NCBI GenBank assembly: GCA_002189035.1
Contig: NEEC01000018.1
Span: forward strand, 496,001-560,000
Direction: 5' to 3'
DNA length: 64,000 bases
Source: Utricularia gibba
Lineage: Eukaryota; Plantae; Magnoliophyta
Position 1 is the stretch's first letter, and the number at the start of each line of letters is the position of its first letter. The translations under genes were made by a program, and so were the position numbers. A model generated the notes under the pieces. That model was not told where the DNA came from, did not search any database, and was given only the letters and a program-made list of their open reading frames with translations. Positions 24,483 to 37,600 of this stretch are shown here, one piece after another.

Positions 24483-27143
24483 CTAATTCCTTGACTTCTT
24501 CCGTGATTTCGATGACTTGGAGTTTCCAGATGTGCTTGCAGTTTGAGAGGGAGCGGTGGAGCTGCTAGCAGCTTGGTTGCTAGACTTGGAATTGACATGA
24601 CCATCAACTTCCTTGGCAACTGCACCCTGAGAACCCCTGATTTGAGCAGCTCGTTTATCTTTCCTCTTTGGTCGATAACTCGATCTCTCCCGCTTTGGTA
24701 GCCATCTTTCTGGGTCGGCTGGAGGGCCAGGATTTGCAGGATTAAAGCCCTTTGGGTATCTGGGCTTTCTCTTCCTCTTCTTCCTTGTTTTCTCCTTACT
24801 CTTGTGTTCATATGCATCAGCAATGCTCGCGGTCGGACCATTCTCTGCATGCTTCGGGCCAAAGGTTTTCTCCAAATTCTCAACATCTATTTCCTTCAAT
24901 CCAGGGAGCGGTTTCAGCTGCTTCTCATAATATTCAGCCTTTTCAATATTTGAATGAGCAGCTGTCTGAACGAGACCTGCCAGTGCCTCAATGCTTCCAT
25001 GGGTTTTCACTAGAACTTCGTAGAGATGTGCAGCCTCATCTTTCTTCCCATGCCTGAGCTTAAAAGAAGCAGCTTCTTTCATGATAACACCAAGCTTACT
25101 GTCTTCTGTCATACCATCAGACAACCATCGTATTGACGCATCAAATGTAGACTCAGCGCCGGTAATATCTCCAGCATGTTCCTTCAAAGAGGCAATTGTT
25201 GCGACAGTTGCAGGCATGTGTTGAATATCTGGTATACCAAGGAGAGATTCAGCAGCTACTTGACGATGGCCTGCTGCAGCAGCAACCTGAGCCCTTGCAA
25301 GCAGGACAGTCCTGGACTTTTCAGGAAATTTATTTGCAAACTGCCACAAAACCTCCTCTGCTTTGTTGGCTTTATTTTCTCTTACATGCACCGCAGCTTG
25401 GAGGAGCACGGGTGTTACACTGTCTGGGAATAGAACAGGGAGGGCTGAAGCAAGTTCCCTAGCCTGTAGTTTTTATACGGATTAGTTTGATCTCATAAGC
25501 ATGCATTTATAATAACAGCAATGATATTTACCATATCAAGCTTATTAGAATGAAGCAGCAACAACAGCCGGTTAACATATATGGCTTCTCTTTGCTTTTT
25601 CGCTAACTTTAGGTCAAGGCCTCGAGTGAGTTGGAAAGCAAGAGGATCACCAACTTTCTCTATCAGCTTATCAAGTTTCCGCAAACCATCGGCAACATCC
25701 TTTGGACCTTTTACAGCTGTAAGGTTGGTGATAGCCACTGCAATCGACGGTTCATCAGCAAGATTTTTCTTGATGATATTGGAGTATGATTCAATAGCTT
25801 CTGGAGTATTTCCTAGTAGCTGGAGAATAGTGTATGGTATTAGTCTCTGAGGCTATGCAAGAAAACCACTAATCAACGCTAAATATTCTACTTACCTGCT
25901 GAACATAGGCCAATTGGACTGCTATTGGAGCCAGTTCAATCTCTATATCATCATCAGCAAAGTCCTCTTCCAAGAGTGTCTCCTGCCCAACTCTGAAAAA
26001 CTACTTATCATCAGTGGAAGCCAAAATTTTATAAAGATATCCTAATCCTACTGCTCCATTAACCAAATCCAGGACTGTTTCTAGGAAAAAATAAGTTCTA
26101 AGTCATGCAGAATTAATAAGAAAGAAACAATTTACAATCAGTTCTTCAACGAAGTTCAATGTCCTTTGTTCCATGATTTTGTAAGTGGATGACACTGAGA
26201 ATGAGATGACTTCTATTATTCTTTCAATTTACTTAGATTCAACAAACAATCCAATTGTAGGCATCTCTTATACTTAAAAAGGTGATAGATAAGAACGACT
26301 CGTGAAATTTGATATCACCTCCGAGCAGACAACAAGAGTTGCTCTGCATCTTTATACTTGCTCCTCTCTATCAATGAGCAAGCAACATTGTAGGCAAGTT
26401 CAAAACTACTAGTTGGTTTAACTCTCAGTGCATCAATCGTCCCCTGCACTTCAGAGGATCTGCCAGCAGATACCAAGGCAGCAACAAGATTTATTTCTAA
26501 GGATTCTATCTTCAACTTCTGAAGATTTTGGTACACATGCAGTGATTCATCAATTTTCCCCAAACGATATAATATCTGCGACTGTAATAACATGCTTGAA
26601 GATTTTCCATCATGCCCCCTTAGCAATTCCAGAGCTTCATCCAACTGATTCCGCCTGTACAAGCAGTATGCCTATACTCACCAATAACACCGGCCCCGAG
26701 ATTAACAATGCAAATAAGCATAAAATCCAATAAACCAAAACGCCGCATCTATGAGACTTTATATAGCAAACGAACTACGCTCACAGTGTAAAAGCTGAAA
26801 TCAACAGAAGATATCTTGGCGAAGTCTTGAATAGCATTTAAAGCTCCATTGAAATCGTCATTCTTGAGCAATGCCACAATCTTACATCTCATAGCGTCCT
26901 CATCTCCCAGAGCGATCGAGAGAACTGAATTCCCACGAAATCAAATTTAGAGCACAGAAAACGGATACGACGTAACAAATTTAGCTTACTTTGATCTGAT
27001 ACTTTAACGGCTAGGCCAAGCTCAGATCGCTGGATGTGACGATTAAGCGTCGTGAAGAGCTCATCCATAGAGAGCGCCGGCGACGCCGGCGACGACGCCG
27101 CCGGCATCGGCTTCTTCGCCTTTTCTTTAGCCTTCGGCGCCAT
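24483..27143 (-). CDS. SRP72: signal recognition particle subunit SRP72, 670 aa
   Basis: Six exons: 27143-26990, 26924-26785, 26671-26319, 25992-25896, 25819-25532, 25463-24483 (2013 nt). TPR region (AYCLYR, FELAYN.AC, IAVQLAYV) and RNA-binding motif KRKPRYPKGF...PDPERWLP.RERS. Confidence 0.95.
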
Positions 27144-27231
27144 CAATCCGTAAGCTTAGCCTTGACAAGGTTAAAATGAAAGGCCCTTAAAACTCGGTCC
27201 GAGATTCAATGGGTATTCTGAGACCTCAGAA

Positions 27232-27257
27232 AGCCCAATACACATTAACTGGGCCCA
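27232..27257 (-). promoter_or_regulatory. site II (TGGGCY) cluster upstream of SRP72
   Basis: AGCCCA at 27232-27237 and TGGGCCCA at 27250-27257, about 90-115 bp from the ATG. Motif match only. Confidence 0.35.
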
Positions 27258-28705
27258 TTTAAACACGTTTTGTTTTGTTTTGTTTTTTTTTTATTTACAT
27301 GTATTTCTGTTTAGTATTTTGGGGGTTAGTAAGGAGGATTCTCCCAGAAACTTTACCTCTACAGTCCACAGGGACCAAAGTAGTAGGGTTGTCTGTGAAA
27401 AATTAACTATTATTCCCGACTATTGAATTTTAGTCATGGTAATTTCTAGGATATTAAATATTTATTTATTTTTTTATCAGTATCTAAATATTCAACTAAT
27501 TACTAGTGTAAATAAATGAGGTGGCGTTTGCTTTTATTTTTTAAAAGATTTCTGACCAAAAAAATTTTGATTCACAAATGGTTTTTACTCTTTAATCAAT
27601 TTTTTCAAATTTATTTTGCCATCTGCAAAATTTTTAAAAAATTATTGACTTGAACCAACTAATTAAAAATCATATGCTAATCAACTAGGCCATCAAACTT
27701 TCATGTTTCAACATAACAGATTCAAAACAAGCTTCGAAATCCTAAAGCAAATGATGGCTTTATACAAAGTTCCCTTCTAACATATATCCTATTATGTATT
27801 GAATACATATTTAATATAGAAAAAATATGGAATATTTCACGACATTTACTCTTCGATCATTTCAACTTGGAAGTGAGGGATGCAGAGTCGCATGCCATGG
27901 GCCAAAAGTCAATAACACTTAGTCATTTGAGACCAATAGGCGCCGGGAATGCTCCTGGGAGTTGAAGCAGAGCAGCAACTAAAGCATTCAAATAACTCAG
28001 GAGAAATTAACGAAGTTCTTCTCCTTGAGGCTGTCAACAGTTTCCTTGATTCCCTGCTCAAGTGGGGTGAATTCAACTCCGAGGGATAATGCTCTTTGTT
28101 TTGAAACCTGGTAATTTGGCACCAAGGGCTGGCCCTCGTCGGTGCATCTGTCGAAGGCAGTTCCCAAAAGACAAACAAACACATGAACTCATGACAGCGA
28201 AGGCAATGCCACTCTCTAGCTACTACTAGGAGCGAATTTCAGAAGCTCACTTTTCAGCAAGTCTCAGAGAAGGATAGTTGTGGGATATTATTTTCACGAT
28301 CTCGGACATGTGAGCCACCCTATCCACTAAGCAGTATCTTCCACTGGCACAAGGATTCTCCAAGGCTAGAATATGAGCATTTGCAACGTCCTTAACATTC
28401 ACCCACCCAAAAGTAGAATTTGGGTATGTATCTGCACCTGCTTATGCAAACAAAGATCAAGATTTCCTTATAAAATATTGAAAAGTCGAGAACGAGGGGG
28501 TATTGTAGGGTTTCATTAGTATTTCCGATCATGAACTCTAGAAAGCCAACCGATCAAGTTCAATATTGCGGCAGAACTCGTGTTTAGAGAAGGCTGCAGC
28601 ATTGGACCGATGACCATCCGGGGGTTTATAGCAACCAAGCCAATGCTCTTTTCCTTTGCAAGTTTCCATGCAGCTTCTTCAGCAAGTGTCTTTGAAAGCA
28701 CATAC

Positions 28706-28923
28706 TAAACAAGTAAATAAAGAATCGCGAGAGGAAGATGAGCACAGTAAAATATTTCCGTAAAAAATCAGCTCTATGCATAAAAAAAAACAGCAGTCTA
28801 CAAAGCTTATTTCAAGAAGACTAAAAACCAAAACACACGCAAAGAATGTGGGTATCCCACACGAAACCTCCTCTGCACATCAGCAGGTTTAGCCCAGCTA
28901 TTTCATAATAACGTTCCTCTTTA
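28706..28923 (-). repeat. 3' LTR of Copia (218 bp)
   Basis: Aligns end to end with 33517-33746; adjacent to the PPT. Confidence 0.95.
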
Positions 28924-31900
28924 CTCCCTCCTCAAGCTGGGGAGGACAAGGTCGTAGCCCAAGCTTGCCGATGATAGTAAAAAACGGTAGAGAATCTAAT
29001 GCCTTAGTGAAGACATCAGCAAGTTGCTGTTTAGAAGGCGTGTAGATGGGTAAAAGAAATCCAAGCTTGAATTGATCCCGAACGACGTGGCAATCGATTT
29101 CTATGTGCTTCGTCCGTTCGTGGAAAACAGGATTTGCGGTAATGTGAATTGCAGACTGGTTATCACAGTGCAAGGGAATAGGGAGAACGAAAGGTTCACC
29201 AAGTGACTGCAAGAGATAAGAGATCCACAAAAGTTCCAAAGTAGTAACCCCATGCTGTGATACTCCGCCTCTGCGGAGGAGCGGGAGACCAAGCTTTGTT
29301 TCTTGGTCTTCCAGGAGATTAGACATCCACCAAAGAAGATGCAAAAACTTGTAACAGAGTGCCGAGTTGTAACACATGCTCCCCAATCAGCATCACAATA
29401 AGCAGTGAGAGAGGAGGGGGAGCCATAAGGATATAGAAGGCCCATGTCAATTGAACCAGAAAGATAACTCAATAAGCGTTTCAGAGCGATCCAATATTCA
29501 GACCCCGGACAATGAACATACTGAGATAGCTGCTGCACCACAAAGGTAAGATCAAGCCTTGTAAAATTCAAGTAAAGTAGTCGGCCGACTAACCCACGAT
29601 ATTTCTCAACACAGATGGGATTAGAAACGGTATTGGCCAAGAACTTAAAACTCCATGGCATGGGAGTGACCACACGAGGAGATAAATCAGCACTCAAAGG
29701 CTGAAGAATATCTGAAATATACCGTCGCTAAGATAAGAAAAGCCCATTAGCAGTTCGTGTGAGCTCAATCCCTAAGAAAAAAGTAGCGTCGCCAAGATCC
29801 TTGATAGTGAATTTGGCATGCAGATCTGTTTTAAGCTGGGTAATGGCATCCAAGGATGAGCCCCTAAGAAGGATGTCATCCACTTAAATCAGAACGACGA
29901 GAACAGATATCGCATCCCGCCACACAAATAGGCAAGTGTCCGAGGGGCATTGAGAGAAACCCAAGCTTACCAGAAATCGACTAATTTCAAGGTTCCACTG
30001 ACGCGAGGCTTGCTTAAGCCCGTATAAGGATTTACGCAGCAGGCAGACGTCTCCCTCCTTGCACCCATATCCTTCTGGAGGGTGCATTTAGATCTCTTTG
30101 TCCAGGAATCCATGAAGGAAGGCGTTGTTAACATCAATTTGATGCAGAAACCATGAATGCTTCGCAGTAAGTGCCAACAACAAGCGAATGGAAGTAGCCT
30201 TAGCAACCGGTGCAAAGCTGTCATGGTAATCCACCCCTTCCACTTGTGTGTAACCTTTGGCTACCAAGCATGCCTTGAACCGATCAAGACGCCCATCAGA
30301 TAATCGCTTGATTTTGTAAACCCATTTGCAACCGATGGCACGCTTACCCTTTGGCAAAGGAACAACCCTCCATGTTTCGTTGTGCTCAAGAGCCTTAATC
30401 TCTTGAGACATAGCATCACACCAGTGGGGGAATCGTGATGCCTCTCTATATGTGCGAGGTTCAGAAAGGAGACACGGCTCTTCAGGGTCTCCCGCATCAA
30501 CCTGAAAAATGTGGTAGTCACGCAACCAGTCAGGTGAGATATGGCTCCTTTGACTTCGCCTAAGTCTCGGATCAGGAGAAGGCACCAAACACGGCGAGGA
30601 GTGGTGTGTCCCACCGGACAGAGGGGGAGCATGTGTATTAATGATGGGGTGCTCTGAATGATTAGACCCGTCAGGGAGAGAAGCATCAAGCACATCGCTA
30701 GGTGCATCCCTCATAGCATCATGCATACTAGATAGGGACTCAGGCGGCATAGCAGCAACTGGGACCTCTGGGTCATCATTATCAGGAAACACTAATGGCA
30801 ATAAAACATCATGAGAGTCCAGATCGTGAATAACACTCTTCATCGGAAATACTCCTTCATAAAATTTGATGTCGCGAGAAATGAACATTGTATGCGTCTC
30901 CAGATCATAGAGCTTATACCCCTTATGATCCATGGGGTATCCGATGAAAATGCATTTGCGTGCCCAACAAGCTTATCGCCCCGAGAATCCAAATTTGCTG
31001 CAAAAGCCAAACAACCAAATATCCACATATGAGCTAGTGCTAGGGGTTGGTGCATAAGAACTTCAAAAGGAGTCGCCCAATCAAGCACGGAGGATGGCAT
31101 GCGATTTATAATGTAAGTTGCAGTGAGAAGAGCTTCACCCCAAAAATTCTTCGGTACCCCTGATTGAAACATTAATGCTCGCGTAACCTCCAAGAGGTGG
31201 CGATGCTTCCGTTCAACTCTGGCGTTCTGCTGTGGCCGCTAAGTGCATGAATATTGATGGCAAATCCCCTTCTCACAAATTCTGCAAGGCAGAGCTCATA
31301 AACTCTCCTCCTTTATCCGTGCGAAGATGCTTAGTAGTTAGGCGAAAATGATTTTCTGCATACGCAAGAAAGGCTTGTATGTAACTGCCAATCCCATCTT
31401 ATCGCACAATAAGAAAGTCCATGTAGTGCGGGTATGATCATCCACAATGGTGAGGAAGTATCGCATTCCATTAAAGGTGGTAAGTTCATACGGCCCCCAT
31501 AAATCACAGTGGAGCAGGTGGAACGCATGTGGCGCACGGGAAGTGCTCAAAGGGAAGGGGACTTTCTGAAATTGAGCATATTCGCAGACATCACAAGGAA
31601 CACCAGATAAGCCACATGGAACATGCATATACTGAGATTTAGAATTTGAAATGTGCCCAAGGCGGCAGTGCCATAGAAGACGTTTATCACCACTATGCAA
31701 GGCATCAACAAAGAAACACATAGAAGGTAATACCACATTAACAAGACTATTGCGGATAACAGGTTTGTGGGCTACTGCAGCATATGCCGAAATTACACTT
31801 GATTGGAACGACCTCTTGTCCACCACATAGAGGCCATCTCGCACACGACCAACCCCTAGGACCTCATGGGTATCCGGGTCTTGCAGCAAGCAATGGTGAC

Positions 31901-33516
31901 TAGAAAACACAACATTGATTCCAACATCATCTGCAAGCCTCTTGACAGATAGCAAGTTGTACTTAAAACCAGGCAAATACAGGACATTCTGTAGTTTAAT
32001 CCGCCTAGTTAATGGTATGCTACCCATATGACTCACCAGGACAAACTGTCCATTAGGTAGAGTCACTTGTAAGTGAGCTACCTGCTTCATGCCCTCAAAA
32101 CTGATGGTGGAACAACTAATATGGGTAGTGGCTCCAGAATCAATAATCCACTCACATGGGTTACATACAAAGCATGCAGATGCAGTGTTCATGAATCCTA
32201 ACACCATGGGTGACGTACCTGAGAATTCCAGTTTGGACAGATTGATTGATGGAGAAGATGGCATGTGACCTCCAGGGTTTTCCCTTGAGGTAGAAGGTGG
32301 AATGCTACCCATCAACTTTGTCAATTCTCGCTGAATGACCTGTAAAGGATCAGTGGAGTATGAGATATTAGAAGCGTATGAGAGAGACTCATCCAAAGGG
32401 GTCTCAACACAATGCACAGCAGGTCGATAAGAATTATAAGACACAGGCTGACGAGGTGCCAACGGCACTTGTTGATACTGATTCCAAGGGGGCGAGACTG
32501 CTCATAATGAGGTGATTGTGATTTCACATCTTGGGAATCATATTTACCCCCTTTTTTGCGCCACCAAGGGGAGGTTCTTTGACCGTGAAGCAATTGTCAG
32601 ATAGATGACCCTGCTTATTACAAATGGTACAGAACCTGTTATCACGACGCTGTCCCAGGGTTGGGCTCTCGAATGGACTTAATCATCATGGCTGAGTTGG
32701 TGTGGATATTCACCACCTCAGATGTCCTTCGACACATCTGTTGCTCAACATTCAAGAGGGCCCCATATGCCTTGGACACTGTCATGGATTCATCCATGGC
32801 TAGTATCTGATTACGAATCCCATCAAATTTCGGGTGGAGACCCAGCAGAAATTGAGTGAGCTTAGTTGATCCAAAGAATCTGTCGGCATTTACTGGTATA
32901 TTGCACTTATGACATTTAACCTCTGGAAACAGAGCATCTAATTCTTTCCATAGAGCATTTAATTTGGTATAATAATGTGCGATACTCATATCGCCTTGTT
33001 TCAAGGAGTATAATTCAGACTGAATGTGGTATAGCATGTTACTATTAACCTGGCCATAGTGCGCTTCCAAAGTCTTCCATAACTCGTGCGAACTAGAGCA
33101 CCTAGTGAAACTTCCCACCAAATCCTTTGAGACAGAATTTAGGATCCAAGACATGAGCATATAATCATTTTGGAGCCAAAGACCATAGGAAGGGTCGGTG
33201 ATCGAAGGCTTGGGCACCTCGCCAAGAATGAAGCCAAGTTTATTTTTAGCTCCCAGGGCAAGGCGGACTCCTCGTCGCCAATCGAAATAATTCTGTGTAT
33301 TCAGAAGTTCGCTTACGAGGGAATCATTCAGATGGTCGGAGCCACTAAGGTGTAGTGGGTCCGCACGATCCAAATCGCCATCTGTGAATGCTGCTACCAT
33401 CGAAGTTCGTCCAGAGCGCAGTGGTTCTTCAGAGGATCGATCAGTCGTCGTAGCAAAGGTTGACATGATGAGATGCGAGCTGGTAGATGCGCGATTCCTC
33501 CACACTCACCGCACCA

Positions 33517-33746
33517 TAAACAAGTAAATAAAGAATCGCGAGAGGAAGATGAGTGCAGTAAAATATTTCCGTAAAAAATCAGCTCTATGCATAAAAAAAA
33601 ACAACAGTCTACAAGGCTTATTTCAAGAAGACTAAAAACCAAAAGACATGCAAAGAACGTGGGTATTCCACACGAAACCTCCTCTGCACGCTTTTCTGCA
33701 CATCAGCAGGTTTAGCCCAGCTATTTCATAATAACGTTCCTCTTTA
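33517..33746 (-). repeat. 5' LTR of Copia (230 bp)
   Basis: Eight substitutions and one 12-bp indel relative to the 3' LTR (manual alignment); adjacent to the PBS. Confidence 0.95.
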
Positions 33747-35449
33747 CATACCATTGCTGAAGGTTTAAAATTCAGCATGTGGAGGGATTAGGACATAAAG
33801 ATGTTTTTTTAAAGGGAAATAAGAAAAAAAAAACAGGCCATCAACCTGCTGTTTTCTGCCAAGTTCTGGATCAGACCACCAAGTTTCATCGACTACTACA
33901 TCAGGCGTTCGAGGTTTATGATTACAAGCCACAGCAGCTATAGAGGATGTCAGCACATCCCTTTTGATAGAGGGTACTTTCGCACAGGATGCAAGAACAT
34001 TGAGAGTCCCCATAACTGCAGGATCAATCAGTTCAGCCTAAAAAATTCCATCAAATAAACTGTCTCAGCCCGGTGCATTGGATGTTCCAGCTGTATCATT
34101 AGACATCAATCCAACTACATCAGCATGATCAAAGCAACCAGACAGAATCTATTATCTTAAATGTGTAAACTGTTAGCTGCGCAGAGTAATGTTTCGAGGG
34201 TCTCAAAATCAATATTTTATGGTAGTTTCTATGAATAAAAAAGGAAACATATGAAAAAGACCTGTGGATCAGTGACACCATAGTAGAAGGGAGAAGCATT
34301 ATGGAAAACACAATCACAACCTTGAACAATCTCGTCGAAGGACCCCTCTTCCAGCAAATTTGCCTTCAAAAATTTAAGTCCTTCCTTGGCTCCATGAAGG
34401 GAGTTTAAATGTTGAGTTTTCTTAGGATCATTTGCAAAATTGAAACAACAGTAGAATAAAAAAAGAGAGATAACTACTACAATCATCCGTTAGTCCTCCC
34501 ATAAATTGAAACAGTATATAATATGACTTACTGGGATCACAAACAGATGCCTTGACGAGGTAGCCACGGTGAAGCAAGCATTTGACAAGCCAGGAGGCTA
34601 CGTAGCCTGATCCACCGGTGACACACAGTTCTCGCCGGCGCCCACATTCTCGTAATCACAGACCCGTTGTACTTCTTCTTTCTTAAGGTACTGTTCAGTA
34701 TCTATCCTACTTTCTACCAGCGTGGATGACTACGACGGCCTCCATTTTGGGCCAACAATCCAACATGTAGTAAGCTGAAGAATAAAACTTACATTCAACA
34801 GACCAACAACTCAAACCCAATTTGGAGAACAACACTTCGGAGTGGATTTGCCGTCTACGAGTGGATGGTCAACAACAGATATAACATCTCTGCATCCAAA
34901 TCTAAACTACATGGCATTAAATTGTTTAGGTGAGGCTTTAGATCTGTTAGTAAATACGAGAATGCCACAAGATACAGAAGAAGAGTGCGAGACTGGTTGT
35001 GAAGATGGAGATTCTTGTGTTATACCCACCGTGAACTTCATAATTGAAATAATATTTCTATTACTAGTTAATATCCATCACTGTAGTAATTAATATGTAT
35101 TGCACCGTGTGTCGGACTTTAGTAGCGTGCTGTTTTCTACTTCTTCTCTATTCGGGTATGTTGCACAAACATGGGTGGGAGGTAAGAGATTACGTGGGTG
35201 TGAGATTCGTCGATTTTAGGAATTCGATTTTTAGAGTGCATTAAATATACATTATTTTAAAACATATATAGATTAAAAAAAATTAATTTATCAAATACAA
35301 CAACTAATTTAAAAATATTTATTAATACTTAAAAAGAAATGTCAAAAAACATGAAACAACATAATAAAAAATTTCAACAAAATATCCATGAATTACATTA
35401 GCCTAAACATTAAAGTCAACATCTAATCCTAAATCAAAGTCTTCATTGT

Positions 35450-37600
35450 TGATTCCACTCTGATTACCATTCCCTTGTTCTTCTCCATATAGTGGGACAT
35501 CGTAAGACACATCACTTTTGCTCTAACATATTTATCTCCAAAGTAGATTCATCCAAAGATAAATTACTATTTTCAAGAATACTAGAATCATTTACCTCAC
35601 ACAAGTTACCCAAAATATACTACATCTTGGACACTCTTTCAGTATACTTAGGTGATTTTCAAGATAAGAGGCGTAGATTAGTGTTCAAATAAACAAGATC
35701 TTCTGCTTGTTGGGAAGTTAATTTGTTCCTTTTGGTTGAATGTATGAACTTATAAGTGCTCTAATTTCTATCACAAGCCAAAGAAGATGAGACGGCACAA
35801 AGTAATTTGAGCAAGATTTTGAATTAGAGGTGTCTTGCCTCCAAAACATAATCACCATTTAATTCCATCCATAGTTGTTCTTTCATCAATAGCATCCAAA
35901 AAGCTAAATTCAAATCTTGCATTCATATATCTTCTAAGCTCACCAAATACTGTCAAGCATTTCTTTCTATCACTAAAAAGTCGTTGCAATTCTTTCTCTC
36001 TCAATCTAATCAATACTTGATCAATAAATAGAAAAAAATATTGATAAAAACTAAAATTTACCTAGTTTATTTTTTAAAAATATTATTCCAACCTTTATGT
36101 CATCTTTTCATTTATGACCTTCCAAAAGTCACTTTCCATGTCAATGTTCTTTTTCTCAAAAGTATATATTGCTTTCTTCATCTTTTCCAACATGAAATGC
36201 CACATAGTGTAAATCATGTGAAGACTAGCTTTATCTATATCACAAATTTTGATCATAGATTAAATAGAAGTTGTAAAAGAAAACACATTATTAATGGATT
36301 TCTAGAAATATATATCCAAAACCATATCACGATATTCTCTTCTTTTCTCTATTTTATCATTTCGACATCCATATAGATTAATCTACTCATTACTAACATC
36401 CATAGCTTTCAACTCTTGTTTAACTATCTTAAACCATCTCATCATGACAATAACCGAAGCAAAATGTATCTCTACCATTATCAATAATCTCAATTTAGAA
36501 TATTTTTTAAATGAAGTAAACCTCTTTTGATGACTTATGATAAACTGCTTTATTTTTTTCATCTTCTCAATAGTTTCCATAATCCATTCACATTGTATAT
36601 AAGCCAGGGTATTTGGTGTAGGTGAGAAAATATCTTTACAAAGCAAGTTTGTAAGGATATTAACTTATACATTTGTATAAATATGACAATAAAATATAAA
36701 TTTACATTATGTTTGGAAATTTTTATTATATAAATTCATCAGCAATCCACAAATACTAGCTTTATCAATTATATTTTGTACCACATGTGCAGCCCCAACT
36801 TCAGTGATTGTCTTTTACATCAATGAAGTAACAAAGGCAGCATCTTTGAACTCACTCTCATAATTAATAGCTTTTAAAAATTGTTCTCCACACTCATTCA
36901 TAGCCAAAAAGTTAATCAGTGGTCATTTTTATGGATCAGTCCACACATTGCTTACCAAAGTAACAAACATGGTCTCCTAACTTTTTCTAAAAGGTTGCAA
37001 AGGGTTTTCAATTCAAACCTTTTCATTTTTCAATATCTTAGTTCTAAAAGCATTATATCACGTGGTTTGTAACTTACGAAATATATAAAACATATATTTA
37101 TCAAACAAGTGATGAAAAATATAATTAAAATTAGTAATTAAGTAAATTGGAATAACAAGCACTGCTGCAACTTCAAATACCTCTATGTAATATGGGTTAG
37201 GGGCATAATAAAAAGAATTCCACTAGCTTAAAATAACCTTACAATTATTGCATCCAACATCTCTTTCGCTTGTGCATGATTCTTGAGCATTTCATCTCCT
37301 TTTTGCTGACATTTTCTTTTAACTCCCCTCATCAAAGTACCATGTTTGGAGTTCTACATGATCCAATTTCAGTATCATTAGATTTTGACATAGTTGCTGA
37401 TTTCTTACTTTCTCTTAAAGCCACTCCTTTATTCTCCATCTCCCTCATTTGAACAAGTGCCGCATAATTAATCTTGCCTCTAGTAAGATGTAGTAAAAGG
37501 TTTTTTTCACAAAAAGCACAAATAACATGTCTATTGCCTCTAGTATCACAATCCCTCCTGCAATGCAACATGAATTGCTATAATGGAAATTTGAGATCCT
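35450..37600 (-). mobile_element. degenerate hAT transposase (BED finger, DUF659-type core, dimerisation domain)
   Basis: Fragments VICAFCEK; IKQFIISHQKRFTSFKKYSKLRLLIMVEIHFASVIVMM..FK.VKQELKAM; SSSLACDRN*STYKFIHSTKRNKLTSQQAEDLVYLNTNLRLLS (about 35830-35660). Many stops; TIR and TSD not identified; bounds approximate. Confidence 0.82.

Larger units (their letters stand above)
28706..33746 (-). mobile_element. full-length but decayed Ty1/copia LTR retrotransposon (RE1/Ale-like), TA...TA termini, 5-bp TSD
   Basis: LTRs 28706-28923 and 33517-33746; TSD CATAC at 28701-28705 and 33747-33751; PBS TGGTGCGGTGAG; PPT GAGGAGGGAG. Domain order gag (ATG 33466), CCHC knuckle CTICNKQGHLSDNC (frameshifted), protease IIDSGAT, LWHCRLGH, integrase HCDLWGP, RT EPRTYREA/GYTQVEGVDY, RNaseH YCDADWG/ADVFTKAL. 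Several stops and frameshifts. Confidence 0.96.
27997..34647 (-). pseudogene. cinnamoyl-CoA reductase-like / phenylacetaldehyde reductase-type SDR, disrupted
   Basis: Exons 34647-34532, 34431-34262, 34037-33846, 33756-33747 plus 28700-28551 (split by Copia), 28437-28251, 28147-27997. Motifs [52 protein letters not shown]. Lesions: exon 1 frameshift (no ATG in the Rossmann-motif frame), intron 1 acceptor AA instead of AG (34433-34432), retrotransposon in exon 4. Confidence 0.9.

Noticed and set aside
28704-28707. Alternative canonical TG...CA boundaries for the Copia
   Set aside because: A TG start would consume the TSD, the PPT-side LTR reads AG at that position, and neither LTR ends in CA.
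27997-34647. Counting the CCR-like pseudogene as loss of lignin CCR
   Set aside because: It has QWYVLSK, not the NWYCY motif of true CCR, so it is not used as evidence for the secondary-wall hypothesis.
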